This document shows positions 7,839-15,825 of a DNA stretch of 15,979 nucleotides, in pieces; position 1 is the first letter of the stretch, and each line of letters begins with the position of its first letter. The translations under genes and the position numbers were made by a program. Under the pieces are notes generated by a model. It worked only from the letters and a program-made list of their open reading frames with translations, made no database searches and was not told where the DNA came from. The stretch is from a bacterium (GTDB lineage: Bacteria > Hydrothermota > 32-111), in assembly GCA_046484245.1 (NCBI GenBank), contig JAWOBN010000117.1, positions 1-15,979 on the forward strand, read 5' to 3'.

Positions 7839-9700
7839 GCAATACCCCATATTGTGATGATTATTATGATAATGCCTGCAAGGAGAATCATATTATTGGA
7901 TGAGAGTGTATTGAGATGAAGGCGTTTCAGGAGAGAACCTGTATCAACCAATACTGAGTAAATACCCCTGTAGAAATTCTCCGAGTGTCTTTTTACAATA
8001 GGCCTGACAACCTCTATGAAGCCGTCATAGAAATTTGATGCATAGTGAAGCGGCATCGCGGGTTTAACGACCTCCGCACTCATTGCAATATCGTACTGTG
8101 ATACCCTTCTTGATTTTCTGAATGCAAGAATAAAGAACAGGAGCAGCAGTATGAAGAGCCCGATTACAGCAGAACCTATCCATAGCGGGTTCCAGTAGCC
8201 TGCTGTGGATTCAAGGAAATTGCCGTTCATCAGCATATTGACTGATGGCGTGAATTCGCTTACTGTCCTGAATACCAGTCTGAAGAAAGGATAAGGGTAA
8301 ATGCCCAGTCCTACGAGTGAGAGCGGTAAAATCATATTAACAATCGTTATAATGGTATCGGACGGACTGTCAAAATACTTCTTCCCTGCATTCTCCGGTG
8401 AGAGTATGCCGAGAAATACAGTTGAGAGTATTTTATAACAGTATAAGAAAGCAATGGTTGAAGCGAGGAATGATACTGCAAGTGCAAGATAATGGCCTGA
8501 TACGAACATATTCTGATAATAGACCCATTTGCCTGCAAATCCCATCAGCGGGACTATGCCTGCCAGGGCAATTATGGATATCAGTGTTGATATGAAGGTA
8601 AATGGTATAACCTTTATCAGTCCTCCGAGTTCACTGCCCTCAGTTGTATCTGTTTTGTATTCTATGAATGCCAGATCAGTGAAGAGTGATGTCTTTACAA
8701 GAGTATGTATTGTCATAAGCACGAATATGCTGACCAGTGCCCACTCATAACCCAGTCCGAATGATGCGGTGATATAACCCATCTGCGCCACTGAGGAGTA
8801 TATCAGGACCTTCTTTATATCCGTCTCCTTCACTGCTATTATTGTGCCTATCAGTGCAGTGAGGGCTCCGCCCATTGTAAAGAATATTCTGAAGAACTGT
8901 ATATTGGAGAATGTGAATAATTCATTGACATAAGAATACGGGAATATCTTGAAAAGGAGAATAATAAGGCCGAATATCCCCAGTTTGGACAGTATTGATG
9001 AGAGATAAGCGGTAAATACGGTCTTGGCTTTGACATATGCGTCATTGACCCATACATGAAGTCCTATGAACACGGATTTGATGAGCATTGCCGAACCGAA
9101 CAGTATGATAATCATTCTTGCCCTGTCGGGGCTCAGTGTCTTATGCATCAGTGAAAGTTTGTCAATATTGACTGTCCCTGTATAACTGTAGAGCATGACA
9201 ACTGCCAGAAGCATCAGCAGGCTGCCGCCTGCATTCATTGCAATATACATAAGACCTGTTCCTGCATTGGCTGATGTAACGGAAACAGCAAAGAATATCA
9301 TCACTGATATGAATTCCCAGAGTATGAAGAATGTGAAGAGATTGGCTGAGAAGAAAAGGAGATTGACACTGTAGAATATAAGGAATATAAGCATTATATA
9401 GCCGCTGTCTCTCTTGGAGATATTGTGCAGTGTGTTGAACAGGATAATACCGAATGCAATGTGATTGAGAATCATGAAAAAGTATCCTGCAGATGAGAAA
9501 GTGAAAGCAATATTGAGATCCATTGAATGTATTACAGGTATGACCATTGAGGATGTGTTGTAGAGGAATACAAGATTTATCAGTGAGTAGAGGTAAACCG
9601 ATATAGCCAGTATATTCCTCAGTATTCTTGATACATCGCCAATTATGTAAATAAGTATGATACTGACTATCATTGAATAGAAGTACAGTGTATTAATCAT
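7835..9700 (-). CDS. Mbx/Mbs antiporter-like proton-translocating subunit H' (MrpD/MrpA/NuoL-like, with C-terminal extension)
   Basis: 621 aa and highly hydrophobic. FFILWE, LIKSVFIGLHVW, SSILSKLG, DIKKVLIYSSVAQMGY, IHTLVK, LGGL, and GIVPLMGFAGKW. Confidence 0.92.
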   Translation of the reverse strand: MINTLYFYSMIVSIILIYIIGDVSRILRNILAISVYLYSLINLVFLYNTSSMVIPVIHSMDLNIAFTFSSAGYFFMILNHIAFGIILFNTLHNISKRDSGYIMLIFLIFYSVNLLFFSANLFTFFILWEFISVMIFFAVSVTSANAGTGLMYIAMNAGGSLLMLLAVVMLYSYTGTVNIDKLSLMHKTLSPDRARMIIILFGSAMLIKSVFIGLHVWVNDAYVKAKTVFTAYLSSILSKLGIFGLIILLFKIFPYSYVNELFTFSNIQFFRIFFTMGGALTALIGTIIAVKETDIKKVLIYSSVAQMGYITASFGLGYEWALVSIFVLMTIHTLVKTSLFTDLAFIEYKTDTTEGSELGGLIKVIPFTFISTLISIIALAGIVPLMGFAGKWVYYQNMFVSGHYLALAVSFLASTIAFLYCYKILSTVFLGILSPENAGKKYFDSPSDTIITIVNMILPLSLVGLGIYPYPFFRLVFRTVSEFTPSVNMLMNGNFLESTAGYWNPLWIGSAVIGLFILLLLFFILAFRKSRRVSQYDIAMSAEVVKPAMPLHYASNFYDGFIEVVRPIVKRHSENFYRGIYSVLVDTGSLLKRLHLNTLSSNNMILLAGIIIIIITIWGIA

Positions 9701-11192
9701 TATAATGCTCCCCTTCTACTGTACCGGATTCTCCTGCACCGGATGCACTGTCTCTCACAGAGTGCATCTCAGACCGGAAATCCTGCATGACCGTACCCCT
9801 GTTTATGATTGAGGGATTGAGTGTCAAGTAAAATGTGATTATGAGAATGACTGCTGCCGGCAGTATGGCTGTAATATGCTCGGGACCCGGTGATTCAACC
9901 CTGACTATGAATATCTTCCTTATGACCTTAAAGAGATACAGTATCTCTATGAAGGCTGCGAAAAGTATGATAATCCCCACCCACAGATATCCTGTTCTGA
10001 GCAGTTCGGCAAGGACCCTGAATTTCACATAGAACATGGGGAACGGGGGTATGCCTGATAATGTCAGAGCACCTATTGTGAATGTGAATACTGCAAATGG
10101 CCTGGATGCAAAACCGGCATTGACATGCCCATTTTCATCAGTGAGTGACCTCAGTGCAAAGAACATGATGAATTTTGAAAGAGCATGTATGATAAGCATA
10201 ACCACTGCTGCATTGAGCATCATTCCTGTCCCCTGCTCGGTCTTGCTGATAACTACAAGAAGCACTACCATGCCTGAATGAGAAAAGGATGAGAATCCGA
10301 GCATCCTCTTGATATTGGATGAGGAGAGTGCTGAGAGTTCCGATATTATAATTGTAAGTGACGCAAGTATGACAAGTATGGTGTTCATTGTACCTGTCAA
10401 TGTAAAGAGTATGAATAATTTCACGAAGACAAAGAGCATGCCTGTCTGGATGATGCCGGAGTAAACAGAATCAGATAGTGTGTCGGAATGTGCATAGAGG
10501 TCTGTCACAAAGATATTCGCCGGGAAAATATAGAGTTCAAAGAGCATGCCGAATAAAAAGATGAATGCTGCAATGGAAAAATAGAAGAGATTGAATTTGC
10601 CGGCAATTATCATACTGTTTATTTCAATAAGATTGAGAGTGCCTGTCAAAGAATAGATTGATGCAATGGAGAGAAGCATCAGCAATGAGCCTATTGTTGT
10701 ACCTGTGATGAATTTGATTACTGAGAGGTCTGTGCGTATGAGTTTCTTGGACCCTGCCAGTATATAAACGCCAATTGTAACGAGTTCAATAAAAACAAAT
10801 ATATTGAAAATATCAACTGACGATACTATGGTCATCACACCTGCAATGATTATGGGGAATACTGTTGCTACAACCTTGGGATTATCATATATGCCCCTGC
10901 TCTTTATCAGATATACGCAGTACAGAAGGGCAAGCATATTGACAGTGAGCAGTATCAATGCTCCCGTGAATGTGAAGACAAGTGTAATACCCCAGGGGAA
11001 CTTTATGCCCGACATATTCATTACAATGGGATTATTTACTATTTCCGGCATTATGAGGAGTATCTCCATTATATTGAAGGCAAATATGAGGGATAGAATG
11101 AGGAAATATACTCTCTTGACAAAATGATAGACAAGCGGGGCTATGAAACCTGCAGCCAGTGTCAGGATTATTATTGTAACAGGATTAATCAT
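9693..11192 (-). CDS. mbxH: Mbx/Mbs antiporter-like subunit H (MrpD/NuoN-like)
   Basis: DIFNIFVFIE, TGTLN, NIKRMLGFSSFSHSG, IHALSK, and SGIPPF...VKF. GGAGG RBS. Confidence 0.9.
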   Translation of the reverse strand: MINPVTIIILTLAAGFIAPLVYHFVKRVYFLILSLIFAFNIMEILLIMPEIVNNPIVMNMSGIKFPWGITLVFTFTGALILLTVNMLALLYCVYLIKSRGIYDNPKVVATVFPIIIAGVMTIVSSVDIFNIFVFIELVTIGVYILAGSKKLIRTDLSVIKFITGTTIGSLLMLLSIASIYSLTGTLNLIEINSMIIAGKFNLFYFSIAAFIFLFGMLFELYIFPANIFVTDLYAHSDTLSDSVYSGIIQTGMLFVFVKLFILFTLTGTMNTILVILASLTIIISELSALSSSNIKRMLGFSSFSHSGMVVLLVVISKTEQGTGMMLNAAVVMLIIHALSKFIMFFALRSLTDENGHVNAGFASRPFAVFTFTIGALTLSGIPPFPMFYVKFRVLAELLRTGYLWVGIIILFAAFIEILYLFKVIRKIFIVRVESPGPEHITAILPAAVILIITFYLTLNPSIINRGTVMQDFRSEMHSVRDSASGAGESGTVEGEHYND

Positions 11193-11547
11193 CTTTGTCC
11201 TCCGTATGGTCCCTGTTCAATGTGCCTTTGTCAGAGTAGAAACGCAATGCAAAGAAGAGGAATAGGGCTGTTGTGGCAATACCTATGACAATTGATGTCA
11301 GGACCAGTGCCTGAGGTATGGGATCACATGTCAGGGTGCCTGCCAGCTGCTGAAACCTGCTGAGCACAGGGGCTTTGCCTCCAATAACATACCCTGATGC
11401 GACAATCAGTATATTGACCCCTGTCTGGGCAATGACAAATCCGATTATCATCTTTATGATATTCCTGCTTATAAGAGCAATCATGATGCCGCCTGTCAGC
11501 AGAATGATGCCATTGACCAAAAACAGTATGTTGAGTGTATTCTGCAT
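11185..11547 (-). CDS. mnhC: Mbx/Mbs subunit G (MrpC/MnhC / NuoK-like)
   Basis: RNIIKMIIG, GVNILIV, and DPIPQALVLTSIVIG, the MrpC signature. AGGAG RBS. Confidence 0.95.
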   Translation of the reverse strand: MQNTLNILFLVNGIILLTGGIMIALISRNIIKMIIGFVIAQTGVNILIVASGYVIGGKAPVLSRFQQLAGTLTCDPIPQALVLTSIVIGIATTALFLFFALRFYSDKGTLNRDHTEDKDD

Positions 11548-11548
11548 G

Positions 11549-12232
11549 TTAACTCCTAAGAATATGCTCTGTTAAATGGAAAAACTCCACTGTTACCTTG
11601 ATGCCTATGAGTGAATAGAGCAGCGGTATAATGCCGCCTGAAATTATTGAACCGAACATGCCTGTGCCCATTAAATTGATAAGGAAGATATTGGCTGTGT
11701 AAATGCCTATGAGACCTATGAGCAGAATAATGATAACAGCCATGGATTCAACTGCATGTGATAATCCGGAGGACACTTCCCTTCTCCTGTCTGACAGAAA
11801 GAGCAGAAGCATGCCTGAGCCGATTACTGCACCGCCCTGAAATCCGCCGCCGGGCGAGAGATGACCATTGACAATGATATATATGCCGAAGATCATAATA
11901 ACGGGAAAGAGGATTATTGATGCTGATTTCACTATATTCCCGGCAGGTTCAAGCAATTTGCCTGTACTCTTCAGTCCCATTGTGGATATGAGGAGGTATA
12001 TGCCTGTTACAGCCAGAAACAGTATGGTTATCTCCCCTATTGTGTCATATCCCCTGTACTGGGTCACAACAGAGGTGACTATATTGGGTACATTGTAATC
12101 AGCGAGATTCCTGCTTAAGATGAATGAAGCATTGGGCGAAGAGAGATATGAGAAATCACTTATCTCAAACATGAATATCATCAGCAGTATGGAGAGGAAT
12201 GCAAATATTGTCACAGCAATAAAACGCTTCAT
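11549..12232 (-). CDS. mnhB: Mbx/Mbs subunit E/F (MrpB/MnhB-like)
   Basis: NIVTSVVTQYRGYDTIGE and GHLSPGGGFQGG. The true start is the ATG at 12232 (MKRFI; AAGGAG RBS; ATGA overlap). The ORF-track extension to 12412 overlaps subunit D in another frame. Confidence 0.94.
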   Translation of the reverse strand: MKRFIAVTIFAFLSILLMIFMFEISDFSYLSSPNASFILSRNLADYNVPNIVTSVVTQYRGYDTIGEITILFLAVTGIYLLISTMGLKSTGKLLEPAGNIVKSASIILFPVIMIFGIYIIVNGHLSPGGGFQGGAVIGSGMLLLFLSDRRREVSSGLSHAVESMAVIIILLIGLIGIYTANIFLINLMGTGMFGSIISGGIIPLLYSLIGIKVTVEFFHLTEHILRS

Positions 12233-12474
12233 CTGTCTCTCCTTTTCACTTTTATTATTATCCCTATTATTATTGCACCTGAGAGAGCTGCTCCTATGGA
12301 TGCCTCTGTCATTGCAACATCGGGAGCTCTCATAATCACAAACATAATAGATGCAGCAAGGGATATCAGTGTTGTCCCCACTGCTGCTGTTATGAGATCC
12401 CTGTTTATGCATATAAAACAGAGTGTGCCTATTGATACAACTGAAAGAATTCCCATTATGATTATCTCAATCAT
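12229..12474 (-). CDS. mbxD: Mbx/Mbs subunit D (DUF4040 / MbhD-like)
   Basis: RDLITAAV and APDVAMTEASIGAALS. 81 aa with three hydrophobic segments. GGAGG RBS. Confidence 0.93.
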   Translation of the reverse strand: MIEIIIMGILSVVSIGTLCFICINRDLITAAVGTTLISLAASIMFVIMRAPDVAMTEASIGAALSGAIIIGIIIKVKRRDR

Positions 12475-12785
12475 AATCCCTCCGTGTCATCTACTGTGCC
12501 TTCATACTGCTCAACATCATTCTTATATGCGCTCCTTGCAAGTGTGCTGGATGAAACAGGATTGGTCATCAGTACAAAGAGAACAATGAGTATGGCTTTC
12601 ACAAGCACAGGGGGATAATAAAGGCCTGCTCCCAGTACTGTGAATATAATACCGAGTGTTGTGGCTTTTGTCCCTGCCTGGAGCCTGTTGTAAATATCCG
12701 GCATTCTCAGTAAACCGAGTGCCCCCAGAAAGAGGAACATTGAACCCAGGAGCATGAGTATCATTCCGATAATTTCATTTATCAT
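12471..12785 (-). CDS. mnhG: Mbx/Mbs subunit C (MrpG/MnhG-like)
   Basis: GALGLLRMPDIYNRLQAGTKATTLG and TNPVSSSTLARSAY. Start reassigned to the ATG at 12785 (MINEI; GGAG RBS). Confidence 0.95.
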   Translation of the reverse strand: MINEIIGMILMLLGSMFLFLGALGLLRMPDIYNRLQAGTKATTLGIIFTVLGAGLYYPPVLVKAILIVLFVLMTNPVSSSTLARSAYKNDVEQYEGTVDDTEGL

Positions 12786-13038
12786 TCTTCTTCTCCATGA
12801 ATCTTGCGAATGCGACAACACCTATGAATGACAGAACTGCATATACGATTGCCGCATCCATATATATACTGTTCCTGTAATAGATTGAGAGTATTACTAT
12901 GAGGACAAGTGTTATCAGTGTTATGACATCTATTGCAGCAATCCTGTCATACAGTGTGGGGCCCATGAAGAATCTTATAAGTGTCAGAATAACTGCCGAC
13001 ACTATGAAAATTCCGGTCAGTATCATCAGTATAATCAT
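12775..13038 (-). CDS. mnhF: Mbx/Mbs subunit B (MrpF/MnhF-like)
   Basis: RFFMGPTLYDRIAAID and YMDAAIVYAVLSFIGVVAFARF. The ATG at 13038 fits AAGGGG spacing better than the GTG at 13044. Confidence 0.93.
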   Translation of the reverse strand: MIILMILTGIFIVSAVILTLIRFFMGPTLYDRIAAIDVITLITLVLIVILSIYYRNSIYMDAAIVYAVLSFIGVVAFARFMEKKNDK

Positions 13039-13040
13039 AA

Positions 13041-13535
13041 TCACATCCCCTTGAGATAATGCATGAATCCCCCTGTGATATCCTCGTCCTTTTCATACTG
13101 ACCTGTATCAACTGTATGTATGAGGAGTTTGTTGCCCTCTGTGTCAATGGTCAATGTGCCGGGTGTCAGTGTAATGGAATTTGCAAGCATGAGTTTTGTG
13201 AATGAATCCGGGGTTTTGCTGCAGTCAACCTTGATGAATCCCGGTTTTATCGGGAGCTTCGGATGCAGGACCCTCAGTGCTACATCAATATTTGCCTGTA
13301 CAATTCTCATGAAGAGATAAGGGATATATGCGATAATCCATATAATATTGAGCAGTGTGATGTATCTCATATCACCGGGACTGCTTATTTTCAGGGCAAA
13401 GACAAGTGTTATGGGGGCAAATATTATTCCTGCAAGATAATCATAGAGTCCAGCCGGGAATATCAGTGCACTGTAAAGCAGCCAGAGAAGAATTGAAAAC
13501 AGAATGAAAGAGTAAATCTTCCTGAATTTGTCCAT
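13041..13535 (-). CDS. mnhE: Mbx/Mbs subunit A (MrpE/MnhE-like)
   Basis: IVQANIDVALRVLHPKLPIKPG and LANSITLTPGTLTID...LLIH. GAGGT RBS. Confidence 0.95.
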   Translation of the reverse strand: MDKFRKIYSFILFSILLWLLYSALIFPAGLYDYLAGIIFAPITLVFALKISSPGDMRYITLLNIIWIIAYIPYLFMRIVQANIDVALRVLHPKLPIKPGFIKVDCSKTPDSFTKLMLANSITLTPGTLTIDTEGNKLLIHTVDTGQYEKDEDITGGFMHYLKGM

Positions 13536-13542
13536 CCATACC

Positions 13543-15321
13543 TCATTTCAAGATTATAAGTTTCCGGATACCATTGTCTCCCGGTGAAAAGTAAATCCCC
13601 GGTTTCAATGCTCTGCTGTCTGTCTGATGAATACGCCTGCCGGATATGTCAAATATGCACTTATTATAATTTTCTACTGCAGTGTTGTCAAGGGACCTTG
13701 GATTGTCTATGAATGACGGTGTGCTGCTTAAAAGTATTATCATGTTATTTTCATTGACAAGAACACCCTCTCCCTGAGACAGGGAGAATAGTTTATATGG
13801 CGCAAATGCACTATTGTCAAACACTGTATCCAGATGACCGGTGAATGAGAGAAGCATGCTGTCAGTGAGTATATAAAGTGTGTCACCGGCTGAAGAGAAT
13901 TGCTCAATTTTGAGATTGATTGTTTCGGGGTTTGAGCATAATGTGTCGGTAATGGAGAATTTTCTGAAATCACCTGCAACAACACTGCTGCTGATGCCTG
14001 CCAGATTCATCATAAAATCACTGGAGCTGAGATATCCCAGAGTAAACCCTGACAGTGTAAAAGCCCTCATGCCTGCATAGCCTGCAGCACAGTAAATACT
14101 GCTATCGGCAGCATGTATTGAGTGAATATCATACAGTGATGAAAAGAGCAGGGAGTCAGAGGCATACAGAGGCGAATGTTTCATTATATCATTGGACTGA
14201 GTGGAGTATATGACCGTTGAATCACCCTGCATGGAGAGTGAGCGCGGCGTATGGTCAGGGTAATAAGCATAGAGTGAATCCCCTGAAGGGACATATACAG
14301 TGCTGCCTGCAAGCACAGCATTGTTGAATTGTTTTGCCTGCCCGCTGCCGGGTGAATAATAATTGAACTCATTATTGTCCATGCTGAATGCTTCAATACT
14401 CTCTGCAAATACATAGTGGTTTTGCCCGGAGGGGAGCAGTCCGCTTATATTCCTGTTGATACGGATAGAATCCCTCACTGCCTGAGACAATGAGTGAATA
14501 TGCGTATTGGAAAGCACAGTGTAATCACGGTCACCGGAATAATCAATGTCAATAACCGGTCCTGTAAACTCAAATGAATCAGCAAGAGCAAAACTGTCAA
14601 CAAATGGATTGGTGTATCTGTATATAAAGGCATTTTTCCTGAGATACAGCTGGTCTTGAGTAAATGCAACCAGTTCAAATTCCCCATCTGTTCTCTTGAG
14701 TGAATAGATATCTATGCCGGCTGGTCCTGAGACATATGTCCTTATGGTATCTCCGCTTATAATGCATATCATATGATATTTATTGATGAATATATCAGAT
14801 CCTGTGCTTGTTATTAAAGTATCTGTAATACGGGCAGAACTGCTGTCAATATCAAAGGCAATAACAGCCCTACTGTCAATTGCAGCATGATATTGGCCGC
14901 CTATGAGAAAACGGGTGCCCTTCACATATGTACCGGATATATGGGTGAGCAATGAATCATATCTGAAAATATCTGTCTTGTACGGACTGGATGCAAAGAG
15001 CAGGCCGGAGTCCGAGCTGAGGGCAGTGATCTCATAGGGCAGTGTCAATGACTGAATAATGCTGTAACCATTACTGCCTGTAATAAGGTCTATCTGTCTG
15101 CCTTCTGCACATGCAATACTGCCTGAATGCAGACGGGATACATGGTCATATTCATTACTGAAAACACTGTCAGGCACACCTGCCTGCGACAAACCTGCTC
15201 TGTGCAGTATGTCTGTACCGGAGAGAATTGCAGCAGGATTGCCCAGTGACAGAACTGAGTTTACTGTGAGTTCACTGCTTATAAGCAAAATGGGGATTAA
15301 GAGGAGCATAAATCTTTTCAT
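13543..15321 (-). CDS. Secreted beta-rich (propeller / LVIVD-like) protein with a T9SS type-A-like C-terminal domain
   Basis: Signal-peptide-like MKRFMLLLIPILLIS from the ATG at 15321. Ser/Asp-rich short-strand repeats, including the LVIVD-like IYCAAGYAGMRAFTLS. C-terminus IFDISGRRI...LKPGIYF...RKLIILK resembles Por-secretion C-terminal domains. Confidence 0.7.
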   Translation of the reverse strand: MKRFMLLLIPILLISSELTVNSVLSLGNPAAILSGTDILHRAGLSQAGVPDSVFSNEYDHVSRLHSGSIACAEGRQIDLITGSNGYSIIQSLTLPYEITALSSDSGLLFASSPYKTDIFRYDSLLTHISGTYVKGTRFLIGGQYHAAIDSRAVIAFDIDSSSARITDTLITSTGSDIFINKYHMICIISGDTIRTYVSGPAGIDIYSLKRTDGEFELVAFTQDQLYLRKNAFIYRYTNPFVDSFALADSFEFTGPVIDIDYSGDRDYTVLSNTHIHSLSQAVRDSIRINRNISGLLPSGQNHYVFAESIEAFSMDNNEFNYYSPGSGQAKQFNNAVLAGSTVYVPSGDSLYAYYPDHTPRSLSMQGDSTVIYSTQSNDIMKHSPLYASDSLLFSSLYDIHSIHAADSSIYCAAGYAGMRAFTLSGFTLGYLSSSDFMMNLAGISSSVVAGDFRKFSITDTLCSNPETINLKIEQFSSAGDTLYILTDSMLLSFTGHLDTVFDNSAFAPYKLFSLSQGEGVLVNENNMIILLSSTPSFIDNPRSLDNTAVENYNKCIFDISGRRIHQTDSRALKPGIYFSPGDNGIRKLIILK

Positions 15322-15327
15322 ATAGAT

Positions 15328-15355
15328 ATTATAATCAATGCTCAATCCCTGTCAA
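15328..15355 (-). promoter_or_regulatory. Sigma-70-type promoter, probably for a leaderless transcript
   Basis: Minus strand reads TTGACA (15355-15350), N16, TATAAT (15333-15328), ATCTAT, ATG (15321). Both hexamers match consensus perfectly, and there is no Shine-Dalgarno before the ATG. Confidence 0.85.
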
Positions 15356-15362
15356 TTGAATC

Positions 15363-15396
15363 CGTCGTTGCGAGACCTCCGGGTCGCGGCAATCTC
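15363..15396. repeat. REP-like palindromic element
   Basis: CGTCGTTGCGAGACCTCCGGGTCGCGGCAATCTC: outer arms TTGC/GCAA, inner stem GACC/GGTC, loop TCCG. Resembles the GTCATTGCGAG...GCAATCTC class of extragenic palindromes. Confidence 0.6.
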
Positions 15397-15486
15397 CTTA
15401 TCCGCTATTCATTCCGATTTCTTGAATCTTGAAACTTGGAACTCTTTTTACCAGTCACCAGCAACAAGCCACCAGCCACTATTGTC

Positions 15487-15507
15487 TCAACCCGGCTCCG
15501 GCCGGTC
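15487..15507. repeat. 21-bp direct repeat, copy 1, containing hairpin CCGGC-TCCG-GCCGG
   Basis: TCAACCCGGCTCCGGCCGGTC, identical to 15614-15634. Followed on the + strand by TTTCTTTT. Confidence 0.9.
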
Positions 15508-15613
15508 TTTCTTTTACCTTTTACCTTTAATCTTTTACCTTCTTCTATCCTTGGAACTTGAAACTTGCAAACTTGAAACTGTATTTTGACCCTCAACCAT
15601 TAACTCTCAACCA

Positions 15614-15634
15614 TCAACCCGGCTCCGGCCGGTC
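15614..15634. repeat. 21-bp direct repeat, copy 2, containing hairpin CCGGC-TCCG-GCCGG
   Basis: Identical to 15487-15507. Confidence 0.9.
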
Positions 15635-15825
15635 CTCGTTTTCCGTTTTCCGTTATCCGGTCTTACTTCTCCCCTGCTAATACAATCAAATCCCTGCAAC
15701 CTGAAAACCTGCAACTCTTTTCACCAGCATACCAGTCACAAGCAACTGTCTTATTTGGCCGGCTATTCACAAAACCATTGACCATCAACCATCAACTCTT
15801 GACCTTGTATACCAGCCACCAGCCA

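Noticed and set aside
12233..12412. N-terminal extension of the MnhB-like ORF, and similar extensions at 12821, 7850, 5866 and 15345
   Set aside because: They overlap upstream genes or the promoter. Downstream ATGs have better RBS or coupling context and give family-typical N-termini.
7835..13535. Stand-alone Mrp Na+/H+ antiporter operon
   Set aside because: There is no full-length MrpA in mrpABCDEFG order. The order matches Mbh/Mbs and the genes are coupled directly to M-J-K-L-N.
2..14687. Numerous + strand ORFs and short alternative-frame - strand ORFs in the track
   Set aside because: They lie over well-supported minus-strand genes and show no motifs, so they are treated as shadow ORFs.
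15330..15335. Divergent + strand promoter from the palindromic ATTATAAT
   Set aside because: TATAAT is present on the + strand, but there is no recognisable -35 or extended -10 upstream. It cannot be supported without transcript data.
15487..15515. Intrinsic terminator for the upstream minus-strand gene
   Set aside because: The U-rich tract lies on the + strand side, and the 5-bp stem has no U-tract on the minus strand.
15338..15596. ORFs 15338..15589 (+) and 15405..15596 (-)
   Set aside because: They are translations of low-complexity heptamer repeats with no recognisable domain. The + strand ORF also overlaps the promoter.
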